Of a stretch of DNA of 64,000 nucleotides, positions 1 through 8,664 are shown piece by piece. A program made the position numbers and the translations under genes. The stretch covers positions 206,866 through 270,865 of the IMG/VR virus record IMGVR_UViG_3300034050_000451; one strand, given 5' to 3'. The notes under the pieces were generated by a model. It saw only the letters and a list, made by a program, of their open reading frames with translations. It had not been told where the DNA came from and ran no database searches. Within the stretch, counting starts at the first letter, position 1, and each line of letters starts with the position of its first letter.

Positions 1-322
1 ATGAAAACGTTTGTTTTAAATTTTCTATATTATCAGAAAATGTAGCTGCTGGTGCTAAGTGACCCTTATCATATACATTTGTACGATAATCATTAGCATC
101 TGATGTATGTACATCCTTTTCAGTATAAAAATCCATAGAACCTCTATTCACATTTGTAGCTCTATTAGTTGATTCATATGTTAACCAAAGTGGTTGTTCG
201 AATACCTCTGAATATAGTACTTCAAATATTGGGGTTTTTACCTTAACTTCATGTCGGTGAGAATCACCTGTAAATGAAAATAATATTAAAATAAATGGGA
301 TAAATAAACTTAATCTTTTCAT
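1..322 (-). CDS. DNA/RNA non-specific endonuclease (NucA/EndA-like), truncated by the window edge
   Basis: Not in ORF track; hand translation MKRLSLFIPFILILFSF...YRTNVYDKGHLAPAATFS shows a signal-peptide-like N-terminus and the D(R/K)GH active-site motif. Confidence 0.8.
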   Translation of the reverse strand, partial: MKRLSLFIPFILILFSFTGDSHRHEVKVKTPIFEVLYSEVFEQPLWLTYESTNRATNVNRGSMDFYTEKDVHTSDANDYRTNVYDKGHLAPAATFSDNIENLKQTFS

Positions 323-325
323 TTC

Positions 326-1183
326 TTATTTTGCTAGTTTCTTTTCATTATATGAATCTACGAATTTCTCCATCAACTCAGCCGGTATTGGTTCGTTAGC
401 CAATTTCTCAGCAATCATCTGAGCGAATTTCTCCATATATACATCTTCATTCTCTTCTTCATCTCCAGCAAATATTGCCGCTTTACCTACTCCTTTTAAA
501 ATCGTTTCACCTACTACGTGAGGAATAAACTCCATAGCAACGTGTTGACCGAATGCAGCAGCTCCGTGTGCTAATCCACCGGTTGCAGCTCCAAATAGAG
601 CAGTTGTTACAACTTTAATAGCTACTGCTTTTAAAGCCTTCTTTTGGTGGTCATTCATCTCTTCACCTTTAAATAGTGATTTAACTGCACCACCTGCAGT
701 TTTGAATTCTTCTACTTCACCTTTAGCGCCCTTTTTAACAGCTTCCCAAGCTCCTTTAGCTTTATCTGAAATTGCGTGTCCCCAACTTCTTCTTTCCTTA
801 GAACCTCCTTTATGTGAATCAGATTTAAAGAATTCTTTTTCTTCTTTGGCCCATCCTTTGATTTTATCACTAATTCTACCAACTGCTTCCTTAGCCTTAG
901 CAGCCAATCCCTTTTCGTAATCGGTTTTCTCAGCCGGTTCCTTTGTAGGTTCTTCGGCCGCTTTTGGAGTTTCTCCTCCAGCTTTCTTATCAGCTGGTTT
1001 ATCAAATATATTTACTTTAGGTTTAGGAGGTGCACCAGCATCTCCCTTTTCAGGTTCTTCATAATCGCCGGATTTAATTGCAGCATCTCTGGTTTCTCTT
1101 GAACCAAAGTTTACTACCTTACCCGTTTTTGTTGATTTTGCTACGAAGCTTTCTTCGTTCAACAAGTCCATTAATTTTATCAT
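326..1183 (-). CDS. Putative virion internal protein with MIKL leader; Lys/Ala/Glu-rich with a C-terminal hydrophobic segment
   Basis: Starts MIKLMDLLNE; N-terminal module is paralogous to 21668..22648. Confidence 0.5.
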   Translation of the reverse strand: MIKLMDLLNEESFVAKSTKTGKVVNFGSRETRDAAIKSGDYEEPEKGDAGAPPKPKVNIFDKPADKKAGGETPKAAEEPTKEPAEKTDYEKGLAAKAKEAVGRISDKIKGWAKEEKEFFKSDSHKGGSKERRSWGHAISDKAKGAWEAVKKGAKGEVEEFKTAGGAVKSLFKGEEMNDHQKKALKAVAIKVVTTALFGAATGGLAHGAAAFGQHVAMEFIPHVVGETILKGVGKAAIFAGDEEENEDVYMEKFAQMIAEKLANEPIPAELMEKFVDSYNEKKLAK

Positions 1184-1932
1184 TTCTTAATCAGATTAGA
1201 TTTTTTTAATATTCTAGCAGTTGCTACCCATTTTTTTCCAATTGGATTATAAAGTGGTTTTCTTAAGAACGCATCTACTGCTTGTTGTACTGGTCTATTT
1301 ACCGGTTTGTAAACGGTATTATCTACAATTACAAAGTTACCACTAAACATACCTTGGAATGCTCCTAAGTTATTTTGACAATCTTTCCAAATTTTGGTTA
1401 CCAACTCATCCGATAGAACTCTATCTCGGTTTTTATTTCTTTCCAATGCTACTTCCAATGATGTATTTACAAACACCATTGAACAATCATATCCTAATGA
1501 TTCAGCATGTTCCATTTTCTTTTTAATCTTAGATACCTCATCTCCGGTTCCATCGATAATCATACCCAATCTACCAGCTTCATAAAAAGCTCTTTGTTTA
1601 TCGGTAATCGCTTTTGCTTTTCCTCTAATTGAATTATCTCCCTTAGTGATTAAATCCCAAAGTTCCGGGTCATTCTTTTCAATGTTACCCAACTCCTTCA
1701 TATCAATACCATTATCTTTAAGACCCTTCTCAAATGCAGTATCAGAATTTACTAATTTCAATCCACCAGCAGATACCGATGAAAATGCAGATTTACCCAC
1801 TCCAAATATCTCTTTAGCAGTAAATGATTTCCCACTTCCAGGTCCTCCTGCCATAAATACACATTTTAAGATTCCCGGGTCATCAACACCCTCACTTAGA
1901 ATCCCTTTAATTATTTCCTTTAAACTTATCAT
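1180..1932 (-). CDS. P-loop kinase (zeta-toxin/AAA_33-like) with MISL leader
   Basis: GGPGSGKS Walker A, IIDGTG, RNKNRDR lid-like motif. Confidence 0.7.
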   Translation of the reverse strand: MISLKEIIKGILSEGVDDPGILKCVFMAGGPGSGKSFTAKEIFGVGKSAFSSVSAGGLKLVNSDTAFEKGLKDNGIDMKELGNIEKNDPELWDLITKGDNSIRGKAKAITDKQRAFYEAGRLGMIIDGTGDEVSKIKKKMEHAESLGYDCSMVFVNTSLEVALERNKNRDRVLSDELVTKIWKDCQNNLGAFQGMFSGNFVIVDNTVYKPVNRPVQQAVDAFLRKPLYNPIGKKWVATARILKKSNLIKK

Positions 1933-2345
1933 TATCTTATTTTATTTAAATTCTTTACTATTGAGGTTACTTCACTATTATCAAAATTATGTTCCGATGA
2001 TATTTGTGACCGGTTTATGGTTTTCCATATCGGAGTTCCATTTATAGTGATATCGGATAGTATATCGTTTTTACTTCTACATCCGTTATAATCACAATAC
2101 TTCCCACCATACAAAACACAAACGTGAACCATCGCTTTCGTTTCCGGTTCTATTATAGCTACATACTTACCTCTATTTCCTAAATACTTATTCAGACCAT
2201 CAGCAAATGTATAACATCCTCCACTCATATACCAATCTGTCCAATTGGTATCTTTTCTATATTGTTCTAATGTATCATCTAAATCCGATACACTTATCAC
2301 AACCTCATTTAGTACTTCATAGATAATTTCTTTTAAACTTATCAT
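1932..2345 (-). CDS. Small papain/transglutaminase-like Cys-His-Asp protein with MISL leader
   Basis: GGCYTFA...VHVCV...YCDYNG triad spacing. Confidence 0.45.
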   Translation of the reverse strand: MISLKEIIYEVLNEVVISVSDLDDTLEQYRKDTNWTDWYMSGGCYTFADGLNKYLGNRGKYVAIIEPETKAMVHVCVLYGGKYCDYNGCRSKNDILSDITINGTPIWKTINRSQISSEHNFDNSEVTSIVKNLNKIR

Positions 2346-2346
2346 A

Positions 2347-3117
2347 TTAATACTTTTTAATTTGCTTATAATCTAATATAGATATTGGTTTTACAATTAT
2401 TTCGTTCCAAAGTGAGGTTTTGTTCTCAGTACAATTCACTAAATCCGTACATAGATTATTCTCATTATCCGGGTATGAAAAACGGAATAAGTTAGCTGCC
2501 CGATTTCCTCTATCAGTTGCAAATGATTTTACATCTGATTTAAATGCGGCTACTAACTCTCCTCTTATCTTTACCAATATATTACTCTCCGGTCTAAAGA
2601 ACTCCTTTGCTTGGGTAGTAAACGTTGATATAGAAAAACTATACCCACTTCGGATACTATCTGCAAGGTTTCTGAATCCCTCCTCAGATGTCCAATGGTA
2701 CGTTACCACCTCAGAACCTACGTTACCATAAGTATCCTTAGTAAACGATTTATCCAATAGAATATAAGGTTCAATTGCTCCTCTACTATTAAAGAACGCA
2801 ATCCTATCATTGTTTATGTTCTTTATATAATCCCCAAACTCATCTCTGATTCCCCATATCCTATGGTTTACAAAATCTTCAATAAAGTCTAAAACGTTTT
2901 TCTTGGTCAAATCCCCATACAAATCGGTTTCAACCCATAGTTGATATCCAAAATAAGTATCTATAAGTTCCATCATCTTCGGGTCCGTAGGTAAAACCCC
3001 ACCCCTAGTATCGGAACCACCCTTTTGTAGGTCTAAAAAACGCTTAGAGATACGTTCCCACTCTCCAATAGTGTGGAACGAATCCTCCGGTTTTTGATAT
3101 CCTCTTACTTTGTACAT
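2347..3117 (-). CDS. Hypothetical protein, possible ADP-ribosyltransferase-like fold
   Basis: YHWT...ISTFT...WNEIIV pattern; class II motif upstream. Confidence 0.3.
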   Translation of the reverse strand: MYKVRGYQKPEDSFHTIGEWERISKRFLDLQKGGSDTRGGVLPTDPKMMELIDTYFGYQLWVETDLYGDLTKKNVLDFIEDFVNHRIWGIRDEFGDYIKNINNDRIAFFNSRGAIEPYILLDKSFTKDTYGNVGSEVVTYHWTSEEGFRNLADSIRSGYSFSISTFTTQAKEFFRPESNILVKIRGELVAAFKSDVKSFATDRGNRAANLFRFSYPDNENNLCTDLVNCTENKTSLWNEIIVKPISILDYKQIKKY

Positions 3118-3245
3118 AGACTCGAAATTGGGTTGTTACTTAACTCCCCTATAAATATGGATAATTTCCATTTTTGGTTGCTTCCCATATCCCTTCCCCA
3201 GCTTCTAATGTAAGAGATACTAACCTCTTCCAAAACCTTTTTAGT

Positions 3246-3455
3246 TTATCCCTCATATGGTATCTCCATCTGCCTATCTACTAAAGTTCGTTCGGTTTCA
3301 CCACTTTGACGGGAGTATATCGTTTTTCCCTTATCCGGGGATTCAAAGATTTTCTCCCCAGTTGTGGATTCTCTCCAATACGCTCTACGGATAACATTTC
3401 CCAACTCAGCATCGTTTGGGTATTTGTTGATTAACTCTATAATTTTATTGTCCAT
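3246..3455 (-). CDS. Small hypothetical phage protein
   Basis: ORF in co-directional run; PNDAELG and IFESPDKGKTIYSR motifs resemble conserved small phage proteins. Confidence 0.55.
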   Translation of the reverse strand: MDNKIIELINKYPNDAELGNVIRRAYWRESTTGEKIFESPDKGKTIYSRQSGETERTLVDRQMEIPYEG

Positions 3456-3656
3456 CCTTTTAAAAAATTTATTCTTAAGTAATACAATGTACTACATATC
3501 CCCTTATCCTTAAACTCCTTATACGTCTTTAACTTCTCATCGGTTTGAAGTAAATCCCTTTCCCATTTTGGTTGTATTCCCAAGCGGCTTTGTATTTCGT
3601 ATATAAATCTTTCTAATCTACTACGTTGTGGATTCGGATGTGCGGAGTTATTCATA
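3437..3656 (-). CDS. Small hypothetical protein (likely start MNNSAH)
   Basis: ORF track 3437..3724; the upstream extension is AT-rich and contains a promoter-like TATATTTG. Confidence 0.4.
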
Positions 3657-3733
3657 TAGTAATAAGTGTAAGGATAGCTAAATGTAATATTCAAATATAA
3701 GTATAAATATAACAAAACTATCAAAAAAATTAA

Positions 3734-3790
3734 GGTTGCGACTCACCCCCCACCGAATCGATGAAAAGGAGGTATCCCCTTAATCCCAAT
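3734..3790 (-). other. GC-rich structured intergenic element containing an anti-SD-like sequence GGATACCTCCTTTT
   Basis: ACCTCC/GGGGGT and CATCG/CGGTG stems; locally GC-rich in AT-rich DNA. Confidence 0.4.
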
Positions 3791-3904
3791 AACTAAATTT
3801 CATCTACACCATCTACATGCGTATCTCCATACTCATCATCGGTGTGGGGTTCGTTATTCCACTCTTCATTAAAATACTTAAAAGTTGGATATTTGATTTC
3901 CATC

Positions 3905-4099
3905 TTAAAATATATTAATTACAATTTTTGCTATTTGATTTTGTGATACCCGAATGGGTACTATTGTATCCCCTGTTATAGGGTTGATTAGAAGTCTACC
4001 ATCGTTCAACATTTTGTTTTGGGCCGCTGTAAGTGATTCCAATATCTTTTTAGTGATAAGTGGGTCTTGTACTTCTGCCTCTGATAGTAAACCAAACAT
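3905..4099 (-). CDS. Hypothetical protein
   Basis: ORF track, co-directional. Confidence 0.45.
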   Translation of the reverse strand: MFGLLSEAEVQDPLITKKILESLTAAQNKMLNDGRLLINPITGDTIVPIRVSQNQIAKIVINIF

Positions 4100-4110
4100 A
4101 ATCTATTCTC

Positions 4111-4386
4111 CTAATAAGATAATTTAACCCCTACAATGCATTCTACCAATCCTTCGTACTTTGAATCAATTGGTGTGATTGATGTTATAATCCATTTTGA
4201 TTTTTGAAAATTAAGTACTCCTCCTACCGATAATACCGGTCCACCTTCAAAGTCAAACATTACCGTTTCACCGGAATCATTTGTTGATGTTCTTTGAAAT
4301 TGAGATTCCCCAGTAATCCTAAGTCTATTGGTATCTAATTTTTCGATAACTCTCTCTAATCCGTATCTGCTTTTAATCATTTCCAT
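4111..4386 (-). CDS. Hypothetical protein
   Basis: ORF track; ATACTTAT motif 4 nt upstream of ATG. Confidence 0.6.
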   Translation of the reverse strand: MEMIKSRYGLERVIEKLDTNRLRITGESQFQRTSTNDSGETVMFDFEGGPVLSVGGVLNFQKSKWIITSITPIDSKYEGLVECIVGVKLSY

Positions 4387-4570
4387 ATCAATAAGTATTA
4401 TAGTTGATATTCTTTTAGTTTTTCATTATAAATAGTATCCAAAGATTCAATTAAATCCTTGTCATCATACATATTACTAAAATTATTTATTAATTTTTTC
4501 ACACTTCCATTTGCCATTGCAGCGTATTGTGCAGTTTTAATTGTATTTAGTACTTTAAAGTATGCTTCTT

Positions 4571-5032
4571 TCATATGATTCCTCTAATTTGTAATTCTGA
4601 TTTAGTGTAACCAAGCTTACATTGTTTTTTATACCACCAATATAAATCTTCAGTAGTACCCTTACCCCGCTTTCTTTCCATAGCCTTCTCCCATAAATCC
4701 TTTTCGAATTCTTCGGCTAATGCTCTTTGTAATTCTCGCAATCGTTTATTCTCATCAGTATTACCTACTTCATCTAACTTAAGAGCTTTTACTCTTTTAA
4801 TTCTACCAGCATACAATGCCTCCATCTCTAATTGAGCTGGGTCTGAAATAAGTGCATTCTTTTTAGTCAATTCATAAGCTTCAATCGCAAGTTCTCTATT
4901 ATACTTTGCCTCATCAAAATAAGGTGAAACTTCAAAATCACCATTTTGAATCCTTCGGAGTAATGGAGCTGATTTTGGTAGTGGCTTCTTTCTAAGTTTA
5001 GATGTGTACCAACGGAATTTATTATATGCCAT
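4571..5032 (-). CDS. Conserved hypothetical phage protein
   Basis: 153-aa ORF, FRWY...RIQNGDF. Confidence 0.6.
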   Translation of the reverse strand: MAYNKFRWYTSKLRKKPLPKSAPLLRRIQNGDFEVSPYFDEAKYNRELAIEAYELTKKNALISDPAQLEMEALYAGRIKRVKALKLDEVGNTDENKRLRELQRALAEEFEKDLWEKAMERKRGKGTTEDLYWWYKKQCKLGYTKSELQIRGII

Positions 5033-5033
5033 A

Positions 5034-5339
5034 TTACAATTTTTGGATTTGTTCTAATATATCAGTAACTTCTGTTTCTGATAAATACCCAATAACATCA
5101 TCTGTAATTGGAGTATCATATGTCAAATCACCATCAGTACCTAATACTGCTAATTCATATTTTCCCCTATCACCACCATAGGTATATGGGGTCTTAACTA
5201 CACTAGCACCATATCCATTTTCAAATATGATACGACTCATCACACCTCCCATTCCGGCAGTATGTGGTTTAAATTCTAAATCTTTGAATGTTTTCATCTT
5301 TATCTTTTTTACGAATGCTTGTATATTATAGTAATTCAT
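5034..5339 (-). CDS. Conserved small phage protein (start may be MKTFKDL)
   Basis: FENGYGASVV...YGG...YELAVL...DVIGYL motif typical of a widespread phage family. Confidence 0.65.
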   Translation of the reverse strand: MNYYNIQAFVKKIKMKTFKDLEFKPHTAGMGGVMSRIIFENGYGASVVKTPYTYGGDRGKYELAVLGTDGDLTYDTPITDDVIGYLSETEVTDILEQIQKL

Positions 5340-5343
5340 ATTT

Positions 5344-5375
5344 CAAATATACAAAAAATAATTCAAATAACCTAA
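5344..5375 (-). promoter_or_regulatory. Class I (Bacteroidota primary-sigma-type) promoter
   Basis: TATATTTG (-7 element) on minus strand with TTAG about 20 nt upstream. Confidence 0.55.
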
Positions 5376-5504
5376 TTTCTTTCCAAAATCTTTTTTAATT
5401 GTGATTCTTTCAATAGTTTCTTTGGTTCTTGTTTTTTGGATTTGTCCTCTTCCAATGGAATTCGATAGTTCTTTACTAACTTTTCCATCCAATCTTTGGT
5501 GTCT

Positions 5505-6599
5505 TTACTCATACTCATTTCTATTTATTTTTATAACATAAGGAAATCGGGGAATTCCATCCGGTGTTAGGTTAAAGTACTTAACAGTTGCTTCTTTACC
5601 TATCAAGGAATCTTTGTTTTCTAAAATCTCAGCTGTTTCAGCAAATGTCCCCTTTACATTTGATTTGAATCGCTTTCCATCTTTGGTATTAAATACCATA
5701 TATCCACAAGTGCCGGTTCGGTTACCCTCACCTTCACATATATCTAAAATCGTATATTCCTCATCTACAAAGGATTTATGCTTCAAAAGGTACTTACTTC
5801 GTTTATTCTCATAAAGTCCACCAGTACGAAGCATTTGCCCCTCATAACCCTGCTCAACATATTTACCATACAAATCCATAACACCAGCCTCATCCCTAAC
5901 AGGGTGGGTTGTTACAAACTCACAAGTAGATGGTAACTTAACACCATACAATGCTTTGAATCTTTCAACAAATTCACCACCATGTGATGGGAAATCATAG
6001 ATATGGTATTTGATTACTTTTTTACATTCCTCTAAATCAGATGGAGTTGGCTTTGTTTTTTTCACCAACGATACAATCTTATTGAAATCATTAGCGAACT
6101 TATCAGCGTACAATTCTCCATCAAATATTAGATTTGGATTCTCATCAAACAAATATTTCATTGATTCAAAAATGTGAGGTGCTGATACAATTGGTTTACC
6201 ATTCCTACTAAACATACCATCTTTGGTAAGGATACATCGGATACCATCTAATTTTGGTTGAGAGAATATTGGGTATTCAATTTTATCTTTGTAATCTTCC
6301 CACTTGGCCGCCAACATAGGTTCAAAGTATTGTTTAGTATCAATGTTATTAATACTTTCAAAATAACCACTCTCTAACTTTTTAGTTCTCTTAGCTATTG
6401 CTTCTTTAAGAGCTTGTTCGTTATCAGTAGTACCATTTGCTTTACCTTCATTTTTACCATACACAACTGTCCATGTGTTTGTGGTAATTACTCCACCACA
6501 TTGTCCACTATGAGTTCTGTATTTATTATCGGATACTTCAATTGTCCACTCTTGAGTTGCACCTGTCTTAGTTTTTTTGTAAATCGTTTCTAATTTCAT
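5505..6599 (-). CDS. ATP-dependent DNA ligase
   Basis: PMLA, SQPKLDGIRC (motif I), FDGELY, EGQMLR, LLKHK, PRFP. Confidence 0.95.
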   Translation of the reverse strand: MKLETIYKKTKTGATQEWTIEVSDNKYRTHSGQCGGVITTNTWTVVYGKNEGKANGTTDNEQALKEAIAKRTKKLESGYFESINNIDTKQYFEPMLAAKWEDYKDKIEYPIFSQPKLDGIRCILTKDGMFSRNGKPIVSAPHIFESMKYLFDENPNLIFDGELYADKFANDFNKIVSLVKKTKPTPSDLEECKKVIKYHIYDFPSHGGEFVERFKALYGVKLPSTCEFVTTHPVRDEAGVMDLYGKYVEQGYEGQMLRTGGLYENKRSKYLLKHKSFVDEEYTILDICEGEGNRTGTCGYMVFNTKDGKRFKSNVKGTFAETAEILENKDSLIGKEATVKYFNLTPDGIPRFPYVIKINRNEYE

Positions 6600-6931
6600 C
6601 GTAATATGAATTTTAATACATTGTATTTTATTTTGTGGAATTTATTGAATGTTCGAGGTGACCATACTTTGTGGTCTTGCAACTCATCCAATTGCTTTGC
6701 TAAAGTATTCCTTAAAAAGAACAAATCACCCTCCCATCTAAATCTAAATCGGTTTGTGTAATTTGGTAAGAAACATAAAAATTTAAATAAATAATAAGAA
6801 TGCAATCCCTTTGTTATTTTCAGAATTTCAACACCCCATTGTTCATAAGGTCCGTTGATGTATATATTAAGTAATTTTATATTTAAATTGAACTTTCGCA
6901 TTTTCCAATCTATTGTTTGGAGTATTTTCAT
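6596..6931 (-). CDS. Hypothetical protein
   Basis: ORF track, overlaps ligase start. Confidence 0.5.
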   Translation of the reverse strand: MKILQTIDWKMRKFNLNIKLLNIYINGPYEQWGVEILKITKGLHSYYLFKFLCFLPNYTNRFRFRWEGDLFFLRNTLAKQLDELQDHKVWSPRTFNKFHKIKYNVLKFILR

Positions 6932-6955
6932 AGTTAATCTTTTTTTTTGAATTTA

Positions 6956-6985
6956 GAGATTCAGGGGGGTATTACCCCCCATCTC
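6956..6985. other. Strong GC hairpin GAGAT-(TCA)-GGGGGGT-ATT-ACCCCCC-ATCTC downstream of the MoxR gene
   Basis: Inverted repeat seen directly; no U-tract follows on the minus strand. Confidence 0.6.
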
Positions 6986-7003
6986 ATTTATAATTGATTA
7001 ACC

Positions 7004-8212
7004 TTAGAACATTGGGATTTCATCTACTAACTCTTCTTTTTGTTCGGTAAAAAGAGCTTCTGCTGATGTATCTTTAACATATTTTTGAACCAGTTGTTTC
7101 ACATAAGTTCTTTCAGAATCTACACCACCATCATTAGAGAAGAATGGGAAGATTGAAATTTCAGCTGATTCGAATAAATCGAATCCATCATAAATTAATC
7201 CAGCCATTTCAACACTAGCTCTCGTCGATACCATAGCGGTAACTTTACCAGAATCACTCATCGATTGAGTTCGAGTGTGGTGAGCGATTTCAGCGATTGC
7301 TTTCAAATCATAATCATTAACCTCAGGGAACATAAACTTTAACAATCCAAATTCCTGCTCATCATTTAGAACATCCATTTCGATAGTTACGAAACGGTCT
7401 AAGATAGCCCTATCGATTACCCTAGTCGAAGTATATTCAGAACCTATGTTAGCGGTAGCGATAAAGGTAACACCTTCAGCCACTTTAACAATTGGTGAAC
7501 CTTCAGCCTCATCCAAACGTAAGTAACGTTGTCCACCATCTAAAACGGTCATCAAAATGTTCCAAGCATCAGGGTGAGCTCTACTCAACTCATCTAATAG
7601 AATCACAGCGTTTGGAGTTTTAATTGCTTTAACGAATGCCGATTCAGCGAAGAAAGTTCCTTTGTTTTTATCAAAGTGAGTATTACCAATCAAAGTAGCA
7701 CGAGGGTCTTGCGTTGCTCCTAAGTTGAAGTAGAAATCAGGTCGGTCAAGTGCTTTAACCAATGCTTTAGCTGCCATTGTTTTACCACAACCAGCAGGTC
7801 CAGTCATCATAATGTTTTTAGCTCTAACAGCTGAACGAACTAAGTATTTCCACTTTAGAGGTGTCATCACCAATTCAATTGGTTTCAAATCAATTGAACT
7901 ATTGTGAATGAAATCTTTGATTGCGTTATGGTCACCTTTATCTTCAAATTGAACACCACCATTATCGGTATTCATTGGGGAAACTAAGTTATTATAAACT
8001 TCCATTCCCACTTTTCGGAAAACCTTCTTACCATTCTTTTGAACGAATGCCTGAAGAGCCAATCCCTGCTCAAATGCATCTTTACGAGTACCGGTTCCGA
8101 TACCCATTGTACCAACTTTTTGACCTTTAGTGTCAATTAACTTAAATGAGTTACCAAAAGCTTCTACTTTGTAAACCTCATTTCCTACGAATCCAATTTT
8201 TAAATCTTTCAT
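7004..8212 (-). CDS. MoxR/CbbQ/CobS-like AAA+ ATPase
   Basis: GPAGCGKT Walker A, LLDELSR Walker B, ATAN, DRAILDRF. Confidence 0.9.
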   Translation of the reverse strand: MKDLKIGFVGNEVYKVEAFGNSFKLIDTKGQKVGTMGIGTGTRKDAFEQGLALQAFVQKNGKKVFRKVGMEVYNNLVSPMNTDNGGVQFEDKGDHNAIKDFIHNSSIDLKPIELVMTPLKWKYLVRSAVRAKNIMMTGPAGCGKTMAAKALVKALDRPDFYFNLGATQDPRATLIGNTHFDKNKGTFFAESAFVKAIKTPNAVILLDELSRAHPDAWNILMTVLDGGQRYLRLDEAEGSPIVKVAEGVTFIATANIGSEYTSTRVIDRAILDRFVTIEMDVLNDEQEFGLLKFMFPEVNDYDLKAIAEIAHHTRTQSMSDSGKVTAMVSTRASVEMAGLIYDGFDLFESAEISIFPFFSNDGGVDSERTYVKQLVQKYVKDTSAEALFTEQKEELVDEIPMF

Positions 8213-8223
8213 TTTTATTTATT

Positions 8224-8291
8224 TTAGGGTTTTAATTAATTACTCTCTCAATTACCTGTCTAATATACGAACAATTTCTGATATAAACAAG
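8224..8291 (-). repeat. Early promoter/leader cassette type A, copy 1
   Basis: 8235-8271 identical (37 nt) to 11022-11058; includes TATATTAG -7 element and AAAACCCTAAAA leader. Confidence 0.85.
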
Positions 8292-8317
8292 CTTTTTGCC
8301 AATTATTTTTGCTTTTT

Positions 8318-8542
8318 TTAATAATAAAATCGACTATAATAACCTAATGTACCAGTATCCGAATCTGCGTTGTCTATAAACCCAAATCCTTTGTAATTAT
8401 TGGTATTGAATAGGATTCTTTCAATGGTGGTGGCAATGCCAGCCTTAAATGCCACTGTAGCGAACTCATCGGTTCGTTTTAGTTGTTCATTAGCCCAATC
8501 CAACATAGTACTAACTTCAATCGTTTTTTTACTTTTAGCCAT
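8318..8542 (-). CDS. Small early hypothetical protein
   Basis: ORF track, own promoter cassette. Confidence 0.6.
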   Translation of the reverse strand: MAKSKKTIEVSTMLDWANEQLKRTDEFATVAFKAGIATTIERILFNTNNYKGFGFIDNADSDTGTLGYYSRFYY

Positions 8543-8544
8543 AA

Positions 8545-8622
8545 TTTAGGGGTTTTTTAAGTGATTTAATCTATCTATCAATCTTATACTCAAATATACA
8601 AAAAAGACTTGAGATAAACAAG
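8545..8622 (-). repeat. Early promoter/leader cassette type B, copy 1
   Basis: 8580-8599 identical (20 nt) to 10813-10832; TATATTTG plus AAAACCCCTAAA leader. Confidence 0.75.
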
Positions 8623-8664
8623 CCTTTTTCTAATTATTTTCAATAAAGTTATTAACAATTTGAA

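Noticed and set aside
3734-3790. tRNA gene
   Set aside because: No cloverleaf, T-loop GTTC or acceptor stem recognisable; no tRNA or rRNA seen in the window
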